A program made the position numbers and the translations under genes. From NCBI GenBank assembly GCA_965287045.1, contig OZ336900.1:3348001-3412000 (forward strand): 64,000 nt of DNA. The letters run 5' to 3'. The DNA comes from Carcharhinus amblyrhynchos (taxonomy: Eukaryota). The notes under the pieces are model-generated. The model saw only the letters and a program-made list of their open reading frames with translations, had not been told where the DNA came from and made no database searches. Positions 24,229 through 37,913 of this stretch are shown piece by piece. Each line of letters opens with the position of its first letter. Position 1 is the stretch's first letter.

Positions 24229-25068
24229 TGAACATGGGAAAGAGCTTGGGCAGCAGTTTATGGTCCCGGGATGAGGGAGGCCAGAAAATCCCGCCCCAAG
24301 TGTTCCATGATGGAAAGTGAAACATGCGCACCCTGGAAATCATTTTCTCTGTTCTCTGTGATAACGGGAAGTTGGAAATGGCAGGAACATTTGATAGTCT
24401 CACTGTTGTCTCAGAAATAACACCAGGTGGTTGCAAAGAGGTGGATGTTTGAGTGTTGTGGGGATGGGGGGGTTGGGGGTGGGAGGCGGGGAATATAGTA
24501 TCCTACAACAAAGTCCCAAACTGAGTACTCGGTAAGGGGACCAAAGGTGAAAAAAACTGGAGAATGGGGTTGCGAAACTTATCAGTTAGGATTGAATAGC
24601 AGAGCAGACTCAATAGGCTGAATGACATCATTCTGCTCCTGTATCTTATGGTCTTTTCGCTGGTTTCAGGCTCAGGAAGAAACAAATCAAAAAGCTGAAA
24701 GGTGAATGTGTGTTGAGATTTTACACGCACCAGTTGGTGGCAACTTTATTTTGCGGCTTTTTTGTGTGAAGACATTCAATAGTGAGAATTTTTTGAATAA
24801 AGGCACGCTTCTTTGTTATTCTATAATTTGCTGCCAAATAATGTTGTGGTTTCTCTGACTTCCTGTTGCCCATTATGTCATGTAGCTGTATATCAGTAAA
24901 GTGTACGTTCTGAAGAAAGAGAACAAAACAATGAAAGAACAATAATGTATTATACAGAAGTTGATGACTGCAGTAATACAGGTTAGACACACAGGCTGTT
25001 ATTCTACAGACACATGCAACAAAGTTTTCATTTCTGATCTTACTCTGGCAGGATAGAGGAACATTCTT

Positions 25069-25349
25069 TTAAGGTTTATTTATTAGTGTCACAAGTAAGC
25101 TTACATTAACACTGCAATGAAGTTACTGTGAAAATCCCCTAGTCGCCACACTGGAGCCCATGTTTGGGTACACTAAGGGAGAATTTAGCATGGCCAATGC
25201 ACCTAACCAGCATATCTTTCAGGCTGTAGGAGGAACCCGGAGGAAACCCACACAGACATGGGGAGAATGTGCAGTCTCTACACAGACAATGACCCAAGCC
25301 ATGACCCCTGGGTCTGTGAGGCAGCAGTGCTGTACCACTGTGCCACCCG
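25069..25349 (-). mobile_element. V-domain SINE, type B tail
   Basis: TTTATTTATTAGTGTCACAAGTAAGCTTACATTAACACTGC tail in reverse. Confidence 0.9.
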
Positions 25350-25550
25350 TTCTGATCTAATCCATGTCATTTAAAATTTTTAAATTATTATAATGTTTCT
25401 GATGTGAAATGTTAGCTGTTGAATTTGAATTGAAAAGAAGGTATTTGCACAATTCAGCATCATTTATTGCCCCAAGCTATCCAGATTGCTCCAGAGCCTA
25501 TCAAATACTTGTCAAAAACAAGGAAATGCAACAGTCAATTTTTACATAAT

Positions 25551-25677
25551 GGGCGGGATTTTAAGACCTCCCTCATCCCAAAACTGTAAAAGTCCGTCCT
25601 AGGTCAATGGACCTTCCTATTGTCCGACCCTCTCTTGCTCTGATTCTCATGGCAAGGTGAGTGGTAAAACTCTGATC
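25551..25677. mobile_element. PIF/Harbinger-like MITE
   Basis: GGGCGGGATTTT...AAAACTCTGATC imperfect TIRs flanked by AAT on both sides. Confidence 0.65.
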
Positions 25678-25689
25678 AATAAGTTCCTA

Positions 25690-25975
25690 TGAACAGCAAT
25701 GAGGTAAATGTTTAGGTACACTGTCTTACTGATGTTTGAAGGATAAATGTTGGCCAGGATACCCAGAGAACAGCCCTCCCCATCCTCAGATATCACCATG
25801 GGACTTTTACATCCATCCAAGAGAGTTTAATGTTTCATCTGAAAGACATCTTAAGAGTGGGGCTCTCCCTAAGGGTTGTATGGAAAGTGTCATCTGAAGT
25901 TCTCTGGAGTAGGGTTTGAACTCTGAACCTCTGATTTAGAGGTTATAGTGCTACCAACTGAGCCAAAGCCGACAC
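25690..25975 (-). mobile_element. Old DeuSINE (SacSINE1-like)
   Basis: Reverse complement has TGGCTCAGTTGGTAGCAC A-box, GAGTTCAAACCC B-box and Deu-like CTTTCAGATGAAACATTAAAC. Confidence 0.65.
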
Positions 25976-26468
25976 AACTATGGCTGAAGGTGGAGTCTTA
26001 ACAATGCAGCTTCAATCAGGCCATGTCTCAATTTTCACAGCCGCTGTACAGCTTTTTAAAAGTACAACTCATGCACAAAACGATGGGTCAGAGATTGAGA
26101 TCTGTGTGTTTAAAGCAACATAAAAGACTCCCAAAGTTTGTTTTTTCTTGAGTGGTTTAAAAGATGTATAACTTTCACGAGAGTTTAGTGATGAAACTGC
26201 ATGCACGGTTCCTATCTGAAAGAACATGGAATGTACATGTAACTTGGCAGTCTCTACTTGTGGTGAGGAGAGTCAGGGAGCAAGCTTCCAATGTTCACTC
26301 TGTATTAACCTTTATTTATATTGCATATTTAGAAACTACTAAACATAGTCTGGTGATTCCAAATCCGAATCCACACTCAGCTAATAGTAATCAACTGCAC
26401 AGCTGCAAGGAATTGAATGAGGAACATCTGTAACTGAAGATGTTCGTAGTCTTTCTGACTTTCAGTGC

Positions 26469-28055
26469 AGAACATAAGAACATAAGAAATAGGAGCAGGA
26501 GTAGGCCATCTAGCCCTTCGAGCCTGCCCCGCCATTCAATAAGATCATGGCTGATCTGAAGTGGATCAGTTCCACTTTCCCGCTTTCTCCCCATAACCCT
26601 TAATTCCCTTGTCTGTCAAAAACCTATCTACCCGTGACTTAAATATATTTAGCGAGGCAGCCTCCACCACTTCAACAGGCAGAGAATTCCAGAGATTCAC
26701 CACCCTTTGAGTGAAGAAGTTCCTCCTCAACTCCGTTCTAAACTGCCACTTCTTTATCTTGACGCTGCGCCCTCTAGTCCTGCTATCCTTTCTGAGCAGG
26801 AAGAATCTCTCTACCTCTACACTATCCATCCCTTTCATTATCTTACACATATCTATAAGATCCCCCCTCATCCTTCTAAACTCCAGAGTACAGACCCAGT
26901 CTATTTAGTCTCTCTTCATAGTCCAACCCTCTCATCTCCGGTATCAGCCTAGTGAACCTCCTCTGCACTCCCTCCAAGGCTAAAATATCCTTGCGCAAGT
27001 GCGGCAACCAAAACTGCACACAGTACTCCAGCTGTGGCCTCACCAATGCCCTGTACAGTTGCAGCAAAACCTCCCTGCTTTTATATTCTATCCCCCTCGC
27101 TATAAAGGCCAGCGCCCATTCGCCTTCTTGATCACCTGCTGCACCTGCAGAGTGGGTTTTTGCGACTCATGCACAAGGACCCCCAGGTCCCTCTGCACCG
27201 TAGCATGCTGCAGCTTTTCGCTCTTTAATTAGTAATCCCTCCTACTATTATTTCTGCCAAAGTGGATAACCTCACACTTGCTAACATTGTACTCCATCTG
27301 CCAGGTCCTCGCCCACTCGCTCAGCCTATCCAGATCCCTCTGCAGACTTTCCACACCCTCCGCACAATTTGCTTTTCCACTCATCTTAGTGTCGTCAGTA
27401 AATTTTGTTACCCTACACTCAGCCCCCTCCTCCAGATCATCTATATATTTGGTAAATAGCTGAGGCCCCAGCACTGATCCCTGCGGCACTCCACTAGTTA
27501 CCAACCGCCAATCAGAATAGCACCCATTGATACCAACTCTCTGCCTCCTATTAGACAACCAATCCTCTATCCACGCTAACACCTTACCCCCAACTCCATG
27601 CACCCTAACCTTCTGTAGCAACCTTTTGTGAGGCACCTTATCAAACGCCTTTTGAAAATCGAGAAACACCGCATCCACCGGTTCCCCTCTGTCTACCGCA
27701 CTAGTCACATCCTCATAGAATTCCATTAAATTCATCAAACACGACTTCCCCTTAATGAATCCATGCTGCGTCTGCTCTATCAAACCATTCCTTTCCAGGT
27801 GCCTCACTATTTCTTCTTTGATGACGGATTCAAGCATTTTTCCAACTACAGACGTTAAACTAACCGGCCTATAATTCCCTGCCTTTTGTCTGCTACCTTT
27901 TTTAAACAGCGGCATAACATTAGCCATTTTCCAATCTTCCGGCACTTCCCCGGAATCCAGTGAATTTTGGTAAATAATCACTAAGGCATCCACTATCACC
28001 TCTGCCATTTCCTTCAGAACCCTGGGATGCATTCCATCCGGTCCTGGGGACTTGT
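26469..28055 (-). mobile_element. 5'-truncated young CR1 LINE covering most of RT
   Basis: ORF 27229-28104 (KSPGPDGMHPRVLKE, FLDFQKAFDKVPH, GVPQGSVLGP, FTDD) then frameshifted C-terminus; (TTCTTATG)n tail. Confidence 0.97.
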
Positions 28056-28059
28056 TCCC

Positions 28060-28382
28060 AGGAAGGAGGCTATTTGACCTGTTGAGTCTGTACCGGCTCT
28101 CCAAAAGAGCGTATTACCCAGGCCCACCCCCACATCCTGTCCCCGTAACCCCTTGCATTTATCCCACTAATCCCCCTAACCTACACATCTTGAGACACTA
28201 AGGGGCAATTTACCATGGCCAATCTATCTAACCTGCACATCTTTGGACCATGGGAGGAAACCCATGCAGATACAGAGAGAACGTGCAAATTCCGCACAGT
28301 CAGTGACCCAAGGCCAGAATTGAACCCAGGTACTTGGCGTTATGAGGCAGCAGTGCTAACCACTGTGCCACTGTGCTGCCCG
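28060..28382 (-). mobile_element. HE1-like SINE abutting the CR1 5' end
   Basis: GGCAGCAGTGCTAACCACTGTGCCACTGTGCTGCCC head in reverse. Confidence 0.9.
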
Positions 28383-28711
28383 TGACGCAAACTGATTGGT
28401 TGACGGGAGCCACCAGTGGAAATGAGAAATTGATGTTCGCACTTGCTGCAGATCCCAAATGTCACCTGGGATACCAGGTACTGGGTTCCAAGATCATATT
28501 GAAATGCTCTATAACAATGAATGGTCTGACGCCTCTGAATGTGGCTTCAGAAATTCCACAAAGTCAGAAGCTCAGTGTGAAGGTTCACCTGACATAAGGT
28601 TCCTCACCTCAAACTCCACTCCTTCATCTGGAGCAAGAAATGGATCAGCAATCACCTCTTGCCAAGGGGAGCAAGTCCCAAACCAGAGGCCTCTATACGG
28701 GCTAGATTTTT

Positions 28712-29230
28712 TCTTATTCAGTCCTGGGGCATGGGCATTACTGGCTGGCCAGCATTTATTGCCCAGCCCTAGTCACCCTTGAGAACGTGGTGATGAGCTG
28801 CCTTCTTGAATCGCTGCAGTCCAGGTGCTGTGGGTTGACCCACAATGCCGTTAGGGAGGGACCTCCAGGATTTTGACCCAGCGATGGCGAAGGGACGGCG
28901 ATATATTTCCAAGTCAGGATGGAGAGTGGCTGGGAGGGGAACTTGCAGGTGGTGGTGTTCCCATGTTCCTGGGGAACATGGCCTTGTCCTTCTAGATGGA
29001 AGTGTTTGTGGGTTTGGAAGGTGCTTAGGACCTTTGGTGAATTGTTGCAGTGCATCTTGAAGAGAGTGCACACTGCTGCTATTGAGCGTTAGTGGTGGAG
29101 GGAGTGGATATTTGTAGATGTGATGCCAATCAAGCGGGCTGCTTTATCTGGGATGGTGTCGAGCTTCTTGAGTGTTGTTGGAGCTGCACCCATCCAGGCA
29201 AGCGGGCAGTATTCCATCACACTCCTGACT
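28712..29230 (-). mobile_element. 3' fragment of a second CR1-group LINE family
   Basis: Reverse strand encodes VRSVMEYCPLAWMGAAPTTLKKLDTI and FAIAGSKSWRSLPNGIV...RFKKAAHHH; distinct 3' UTR. Confidence 0.85.
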
Positions 29231-29721
29231 TAACCGTAATGAGTTCCTAAGAGCAATGACAAGTCATGACAATGGCAAGACAAGTCACTGGCATAATGCC
29301 TTCAGTGTGCTTCACAGAGGTGTAATCAGACATAAATGGATATTCGGAAAGTGACCAAAATCTCGTGGAATTTAAGAAGAAAAAGAGGTGGACAAATTTA
29401 ATTGCTTCAACCGTTAAAACCCACATTGCTTCAAATTCAAATACAACCATGACAAGATACATGATTGTAGTTGTCTTTATCTCATCAGCTCCTAAAAATA
29501 TGATTAAAGGACTCTTAAAGAAGATAACAAGTTGATACAATTGTGTTGTTTCAAAGCGGCAATCAGCCTGCACCATACAACCTTAACTCCGTCTCTGGCT
29601 GCAGATTTGTATCTTAATCTGTACTGATTCTACATAAAAAAACACAATCAAGTATTTGGTGATTGTATCGATGGCTTTAGTATCTCTGTTTAAAATGGCT
29701 GCAATAATAATCGACAATTAA

Positions 29722-30148
29722 AACATAAGAACTAGGAGCAGGAGTCGGCCATCTGGCCCCTTGAGCCTCCTCTGCCATTCAATAAGATCATGGCTGATCT
29801 TTCTGTGGACTCAGCTCCATTTACCCGCTCGCTCACCATAACCCTTAATTCCTTTACTGTTCAAAAATTTATCTATCCTTGCCTTAAAAACATGCAATGA
29901 GGTAGCCTCAACTGCTTCACTGGGCAGGGAATTCCACAGATTCACAACCCTTTGTGTGAAGAAGTTCCTCTTCAACTCAGTCCTAAATTTGCTTCCCCTT
30001 ATTTTGAGGCTACGCCCCTTAGTTCTACTTTCACCTGCCAGTGGAAACAACTTCCCTGCTTCTATCTTATCTATTCCCTTCATAACCTTATATGTTTCGA
30101 TAAGGTCTCCCCTCATTCTTCTGAATTCCAATGAGTATAGCCTCAGTC
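29722..30148 (-). mobile_element. CR1 3' fragment
   Basis: ORF 29811-30182 LYSLEFRRMRGDLIETYK...GYGERAGKWS. Confidence 0.95.
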
Positions 30149-31721
30149 TACATGTGGCAAACCACATTTGCCACATAACCAATCAGAAAACACAACTGAA
30201 AGAAATTATGGAATTGTTGGGTGACTTTCTTTTATGTCTTTAGTGTTGCAGCTGCAGGTAATACAAGTGAATCCTAGAGAATAAGGCCGGATAAAAAGAT
30301 GAACTCTAGAATTCTGTGCAGTTGTAAAAGGGGGGACATGCCTCACATTTAAGATGATGCTCCTTCCATTTTTATCTATACCGTAACCGCTTTATTCTCT
30401 CTGTTTCTATCTTTGATCTTTTCAGATTCCTCAGCCACTCCCCCTCCTGTTTTTCTGGCTCAATGTTGTTCCGAGCACACCCCTTTACATTGCCAGATCC
30501 TGTAAATCAGCAATGCCAGGGAGCGCTCTGCAGTTGAGGCATCAGGAGTGACACGCAAAACAAAATGGATTTGATATAAATGTCAAACCACAAACCGGAG
30601 ATAATTGGTGAATAAGCTTTCCCCAACAGATAGTTTGCCTGTGTGGTTATCTGATTGGTTTGAAATCCAACAGAGATATGAATGAAATTGTTCTAGTAAA
30701 ATAAATGTCTCGGTAAAATATCCATCACTGCTAAATGATAGTTTTTGATCTGAGGGGTGACTGTTTGAGTTTTCCTTTTTGAAAGTTGCCTGTTAATTGC
30801 CTCAAACCGCACTCAATGCTGGGAACAGCTAAACCAGAGAGAATCCAATTTGTAATCCCTGACTTCAAGCAGCCTGTAATCTTATATATTCAGATACATT
30901 ATCTGTATCTGTGGTTAAGTAGTTTGAGCAGAGTCTGTGTTGCTTTGTATGTATGTATTATCCTGATATTGGTGAGAATGTAACCACATCAGCTGAATGG
31001 CTCAATTATGTGACTGTTTTGCAGTCTACTTGTCCAGTCTATATTTATTACCCAATGTTTTATTCATTATCCATGTATAATAACAGCACTGAAGACTTTT
31101 GCTTTCTCTTTCTAATATCTAACAGTAGTAGAGCGCACACTACCACTTCAATACACTGATGTATCCTAGCAAAAGAAAACTGAACTCATGGGTATTTTAG
31201 TCTGAGAGGTCAGTATATTGTGAAATGCTTTCTCTTTTATTCATCCAGGTTGAAGAGAAACATTTACCGCACAAAGAGTCTTAAATGTATCATTAGACTC
31301 TAGATGAGGAGGAACCAGGAAACTAACTGAGCAGGAGCGAATGAGAGGTAGCAGCAACCATCACAAGATGTGCACTGGAGTGTATTTGTCGGCAGCTTGG
31401 TGCAAATTTCATTGAAGCTTAACATTGAGTAACTGCTGACAAGTGAGAGACGACAGAATGTTCTTCGCTGGCTGTTTCTAAAGAGCTTTCCCCTCTAAGT
31501 GCCATGAGCTTTGTTGCATAGATTGTTTATTGCTCCCTCTCCATGCAGACATGAGGGTGGCTCGACCCCACACTCTCCCCAGTGTGAGGTCTCAACATCA
31601 CCACCTTCCCCCCCATCAGCTATCACCCTCCCCCGCCACAAGAGAGACAGCCTCCTCAGGGCCCCTTTCTCATTACCTTCCTCATGACTCCCCCTCTCCT
31701 CCCACTCCCAACCTCATAACC

Positions 31722-31972
31722 CCATACACTTACCATGGCCAATCCACCTAACCTACACCTCTTCAGATACCAAGGGGTATTTAAGAAAGGCCAATCCTCC
31801 TAGCCAGCACATCTTTGGACAGTGGGAGGAAACTGGAGCACCCAGAGGAAACCCACACAGATTCAGGGAGAACATGCAGACTCCGCTCAGACTGTCACCC
31901 AAGGCTGGGATTGAACCTAGGTCCCTGGCGCTGTGAGGCAGCAGTGCTAACCATTGTGCAACAATGCCACCC
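31722..31972 (-). mobile_element. HE1-like SINE
   Basis: Head and V core in reverse. Confidence 0.85.
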
Positions 31973-32885
31973 ATAATGTTCAGGTTTCCCAAAGCTAGAA
32001 TGGCAGGCTACCCACATGATCCCCAACTTGGTGCAGATCCCGCTGGGGAGGTTAGTGAATGGTGGGAAGATTTTGGATCGGGCTGCAAGCCTACATTCAA
32101 ATCAGCAGCTTTCCATAATCAGTGGGTTTCCATCAATGGGGTCCTGGTGGGGCGCTGATCCAGGCTGGCAGGGTGGGCTGGGTGAAAGATGATGGGTTCA
32201 CCACCAGCACAATACCCATTTTGGGCCAATACTGGATTCTCTGGGTGAATGTGATTCTCGCTGGGGGCTAGTGGGCTCGGAGAATCGTTCCCCTCCCCCC
32301 CCCCCCCCCACATTGTCAAACTTTAACAGTAAAGGTATCAGGCTGTCCTTTAGCTCGGTGATGGCAGTGCTCTCGATTCCTGGAAGCAATCATACAGTTT
32401 CGTTCCATTACTGTGCACAATTCATCAGCTTTAGCGCACAGGATCTTGTCCAACCAACCATGGTCAGTATGCGTTCCACACCTGGATCCATCCACCCACT
32501 TTATTATTCAAATGATTGATGGCTAATTCGCTCCCATGGAAATATTTTGTAAAGTCCGCAGAGGACTATTATAAATAAAAGTTAATCTTCCTACTCTAAA
32601 ATGCTGAAGGTCTCTAAGTCACTTTGATGTTTAACAGTTTTTAGTACTTCTCTTTTATAATTAATGATTCCATTCTCAGTTTTCACTGGCCCTCCAGAGA
32701 AAACTAATCTTAGTTATCCATCATTCTGCGATTAAACAGAAAAGGGTAGGCGTTGTTCATGCTTCATTCACAAGGCACATGTCACAGTTGCAATGGGGTG
32801 CAATTCAACTTGGTGTTGGGGGTGCAAAAAGGGTGTTTTCCCAAAACAACTGTTTTCCATTCTGATGATTTCAAGTCCAAGTTAA

Positions 32886-33167
32886 AAGTTAAAACTTATT
32901 TATTAGTCACAAATAAGGCTTACGTTAATACTGAAATGAAGTTACTGTGAAATTCCTCTAGTTGCCACAGTCCGGCACCTATTTGGGTCAATGCATCCTA
33001 ATCCACACGCCTTTTGGACTGTGGGAGGAAACCGGAACACCTGGAGGAAACCCACACAGACATGGGGGGAATGTGCAGACTCCACACAGACAGTGACCAA
33101 GCTAGGAATTGAACCGGGTCCCTGGCACTGTGAGGTAGCAGTTCTAACCACTAAGCCACTGTACCGG
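32886..33167 (-). mobile_element. V-domain SINE, type B tail
   Basis: TTATTTATTAGTCACAAATAAGGCTTAC tail in reverse. Confidence 0.9.
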
Positions 33168-34555
33168 CCGTACCAGTCCAGTGTGTGGTCATTCTCCTGC
33201 TTGCATGTTTGCAACCATGGTCAAAGTTGAAGTTTACCCTGATATTGTTAACACAAATAACAGTATATGATTTATTTGGCATTCACAGTGGGAAGCCACA
33301 CTCAGGGATGGTGCCAGCCGGAGATGGTTTATTTTTGTCACAATGATGAAAATTGAAACACAGTTTGCTCCCCAATAATACACAAGAACAATTTGGTTCC
33401 CCTGAAGTTGATAGAAAAATTGAGAAACATAATTCAAAATGAACAGTGAATAATAAATACCACCTTTATTCCCTTGCATAGTCCTTTCTGTGTTGAAGTT
33501 TTCCATTAACATGTTACAGGTGTGTGCTTAAATGGTCCCGTTAACAGGTTGCAGTCTGCATTAACAGATAGCATATGTGTCCCAGTCTCACATTAACATG
33601 CTGAATTTCCATTAATGTGTTACAGATGAGTCCAAGAGCACCTATTAACAGTGTGTGGGTCAGTCAGACTGTCCTCATTGACAGCATGTGCATTCATAAT
33701 TGTTTATAAATTTTAGATTTATTTTTCTGCTGATCTGACAAACCCTTTCTCTCAGTAAGAATAACACCTGACATCTCCAGCTCTGATGCCATTTACTGTA
33801 AAATAAATGGCAGCCATTTCCCTTCTGGAAGAGAGAGAGAGCAAACAGAAAAGCTATCTGTCAGATTCATTGCACCAATACCACATGGAAGCAATGTGAG
33901 GGCAAGATTCATTCTCTGTTCTGCACAGTGAAATTGTAATTGCATTCTTCACAAACTGGCTTATAACAGTTCTTCATGCGGCTTAGAAAGCCACACACAC
34001 AAAAGCGCCATTATCCGACTGTACATTTTTTTATCATTGCAAAATGGTGAACAACAACAAGGTCACTGTGTACAAATATCTTGGAAATGTATTCCATTCT
34101 TCTTCCCAAGGATGGCGATGGTTCTCTTTCAAACCTGTGTGTAATTACAGCTAAAATAACCATTTTTTAAAAAGTATACTTTGACCTGAATTGGTCAGAT
34201 CTGTGAAGCAAAATTACTCATGGAATGGGCCAATCCTAAACTTCAGTAAGTTTGTGCAGCCATGCCAATATTTTAGGGATTTCCCTTTAAAGGGACAACA
34301 TCATTTAGTATCTGAGGGGCAGGTGAAGGAGAGGTAGGGGCCACAATACAACTTTAGTTAAGTCTGCCTTTGAGTAAGTGCTGAAGCAATGGAGAAGAAT
34401 TTGATTGACTTTGCAACCTTAAAAATGGAGTGCAACATAAATGCATTTCTATCTTAGAAAGAGAATAAGACATTTGGATTCATTTGCTCGTGTTGCCATG
34501 AAACAGCCAGTGTTTGATTTATCGTGAAAAATGGCAGGAGAGATCTGTTGGTAGA

Positions 34556-35662
34556 TGTAACACTGTGGTCACTTTAAGGGTAGTCATGATGTGGAAATGC
34601 TGGTGTTGGACTGGGGTAAACACAGTAAGAAGTCTCACAACGCCAGGTTAATGTCCAACAGGTTTATTTGGTAGCAAACGCCACAAGCACTCCGAAAGCT
34701 AGTGGCTTTTGCTACCAAATAAACCTGTTGGACTTTAACCTGATGTTGTGAGACTTCTTACTGTGTCTCTTTAAGAGGCCATTTTTTGTGGGTCACATAA
34801 CCCTCCAGGGAATGGAGCACATGAACCTCAGCCTATTGAGTGTTAGGGCATAGGTCCTGGTAGGTGGAACCTGCAATGCGAGCCAAAGAATGGGTGGGAA
34901 TCGACCTGTATGTATGCTGACCTTGTCGTCTGTATATAGTGTGATATTAGTGTACCTTTGAGAGATTTTTTTAAATAAAACATGCTCTCTGTAGTCAAGC
35001 TTTAGGTGATGCCATTGTGGGAGGAGAAAACCTGTGAGCAGGTCAGGTGACAGAAGTTTTTTCAGCTTTTAGTTTTGTTTTTGGTTGCAGTGTTAAAAGC
35101 ATGGCTGAACGAAGTCTCTCTCTCTCTCTCTGAGTTTTTATTTGGAAGTTTTATCAGTTAGTTGAAAGCGTATCTTGCTTTCCATCTTGCAGCAAAAAAA
35201 TCTGTGTTTTGGTGTTTTGGGGAGCTAAAGACTGCAAACTGCTCTGAGTTTCCAAGATCATTTGAAATCAGCATTGAACCCATAGAAGTAGATTCCAGCA
35301 TCATGTGAACTTTAGCCTGTGCAGTGATAAATCTATTTAAAGGATTTTGTTTATTGAATATTGGTTTTGATTGGAACATCTGATGTATATACATATATAT
35401 ATAAAATGATTAAAGGTTATACATTATTGTGGTTGTTTTGTTTTTCACTTATAATTGATAAAAATTCTTGCTAATTTTCTTACTGTATCTGTTGACTTTA
35501 TTCTTAAATAGATTTTGTTTGATTAAAGCTCCCTAGTGGGTCACTTGAAACAAACCTCAAGTGGAACATGTCATGCTTACTCCAGCCAAATACAATGTAA
35601 AATACTTATGGTTCAGGCGAGCTTCATAAAATACTTTGAAGTTTCTACCCTGACCCACAACA
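34556..35662 (+). mobile_element. Solo LTR hosting a PLE palindrome
   Basis: TGTAAC...ACAACA termini; 3' half homologous to 19430-19681; no clear TSD. Confidence 0.6.
34579..34765. mobile_element. Palindromic PLE-derived mini-element
   Basis: Near-perfect inverted arms of about 65 bp; flanks TCACTTTAAG and TCTCTTTAAG (TSD with one mismatch). Confidence 0.85.
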
Positions 35663-35950
35663 ATAGTTATAACTTTTATTCTGTAAATCACTATTGCGAT
35701 TTAAAACTTCCTCGTTGTGTTAGTTGGCACCACAATAATATAGTTTTTAAAAATGATATGAATTGGGAGGAAGTTGTTTTCTTCAGCGGTAGTCTCTCGG
35801 GGTGGAAGGTAACTAACCTCCAACGTGTTTCAATGGGTTCTGAAATGGCTGATAAGACCGATTCCCAATCTCCTGTAAGCAGGGCTGGTGGTGTTTGAAA
35901 GGTTGGGCAGACAAGCTGTTCAGACGTTTCTGCAACTCTCTCTGACACCT

Positions 35951-36078
35951 TGGGTGGAATTTTCCAGCTGCACTTGCCCCAAGACTAGAAGATCCCATCC
36001 GAGGTCAACAGACCTTTCCCTGGCCCGTGTCCCGGCTGCTACAATTCCTGTGGTGGGTGGGATGGAATATTCTATCCT
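35951..36078. mobile_element. PIF/Harbinger-like MITE
   Basis: GGGTGGAATTTTCC...GGAATATTCTATCC termini; internal similarity to 25551-25677. Confidence 0.6.
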
Positions 36079-36249
36079 TTGACTCTGTTGCTGCATGTCA
36101 CTGACACAGTTTCTTGCTGTATTTGGTGCTTTCCTGAATGAACCTTTCCCGTTTCAGTCAGTCACAGGCCAGGGACTCCCATGGGGTGGGCGGGGTGGGG
36201 GGGGGAGGGTGGTGGTGGTGGTGGCAGAGAATTTTCAGCCCCAGAGTGC

Positions 36250-36670
36250 TTTTGTCATTCATGTATTTGTCAAGACGCTCCTTAAAACTCACTATCATAT
36301 CCACTTCCACTACCTCCCCCAGGCACCCACCATCCTCTATGTAAAAAACTTGCCTCATACATCTTCTTTAAACCGCGCCCCGCGCAGTTAAACCTATACT
36401 TCCTAGTAATTGACTCTTCCACCCTGGGAAAAAGCTTATGAATATCCACTCTGTCCGTGCCTCTCATAATCTTGTAGACTTCTATCAGGTCTCCCTTCAA
36501 CTTCCATCATTCCAGGGAGAACAAACCAAGTTTCTCCAACCTCTCCTCATAGCTAATGGACTCCAAACCAGGCAACATCCTGGTAAATCTTTTCTGTATC
36601 TTCTCCAAAGCCTCCACATCCTTCTGGTTGTGTGGCAACCAGAATTGAACACTATATTCCGAGTGCGAGT
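36250..36670 (-). mobile_element. CR1 fragment
   Basis: KGDLIEVYKIMRGTDRVDIHKLFPRVEES. Confidence 0.85.
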
Positions 36671-36784
36671 TTAGATGACTGACGGCTTAGGAATGGCTAA
36701 GTACGCAGCAAAAATGTGTTAATTTATAATGTCCTTAAATGTGATCAATATTGGAAATTCTCATAATATGGACAGAATTGGAGT

Positions 36785-37666
36785 TGTTGTGAAGCTGAGT
36801 TTGTAAAGATATAAAGAATGTTTATAAAGATATAAAAGAATTATAAAGAAAATGTTAGAGGGAAAGAAAAGAGTGTGTGGTCCCTTTAAAAGCCGTTTTT
36901 GAGTTCTGTGCTAAAATGCAAAGCATACACATTACACAGACTCCAGGCTGCAACATTTGTTTCAAAAGGACCGCGCATCAAGGTTGCCTTAGTAACAGGC
37001 TCTGCAGGTTTTTGCGTTTGTGTTAACCTATGAGTTTAAAGAAAACTCAACTATTAAGAGCCTATCAGATTTGTATTTGATAGTGTTGACTGCATCAAAC
37101 TAATCATGGTCTAAAACATAGCAAGGTCACAGTAAATATAAAGGCCAGAGAAATCGCCATTTCAATTGAGAACATCCTGGAAGAACATCTCCAGAGGTCA
37201 GCACAGCTAGTCAAACAGCCAGCATTCATCTCTAAAGCAGCTCTTACTGTGCCAGTTTAAACATCTCTTAAGAAATGTATCCAGCTATCTAACAGAAGAA
37301 TACTGAGTCAGAAAGATCTTACAAACAGCAAACAACTATCTAAGAACTCCAAAACTCCCAAATGTCATCAGACCTGGGTATATAATTTTTTGAGAGTGAC
37401 TAAACTTCCATTATTACTGTTTTGGTAATGAATATTCCTTGTATTATTTGAACAGTATTTCAGTTGGAACCTACCTTAGTTGATGTGTTACTTGTTTAGT
37501 TAAAGTTCCTGGTTATTAAAATAAAATAGCTTGTTAATTATTCTCTTAAAGCGAGTGTCTGCATGAATGAACCTCTAACCATTAATTAAGAACAGATAAC
37601 ACCTTCCCAAATAATTGTAGCAGATTACGATGCAAGGTAAAGGGGACTAACCTCTGTGTTGCAACA
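36785..37666 (+). mobile_element. Probable solo LTR of a second family
   Basis: TGTTGTG...TTGCAACA termini, TATA-like AATATAAA at ~37135, AATAAA at ~37519; no TSD confirmed. Confidence 0.45.
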
Positions 37667-37913
37667 GTATGCACTAACATTTTTAAATTTTAACATATTA
37701 AGAATTAAAAAGATCAATTCAACAATGTCCCACAATTCTCCAGGTTGGTTAAATTTGAACTTTGTTTATGATTGAAGGGAAAGTGGTCAAGGGGGAGGAA
37801 AGAGAGGACTGGCCCCTCAGCCAACATATATCAGCATAGTTATGTGTTCCCACTACATCAAGAACCAATAGTTGAGGCGATTTTGATGGACAAACTAGAT
37901 CATCCTTAGCTTA

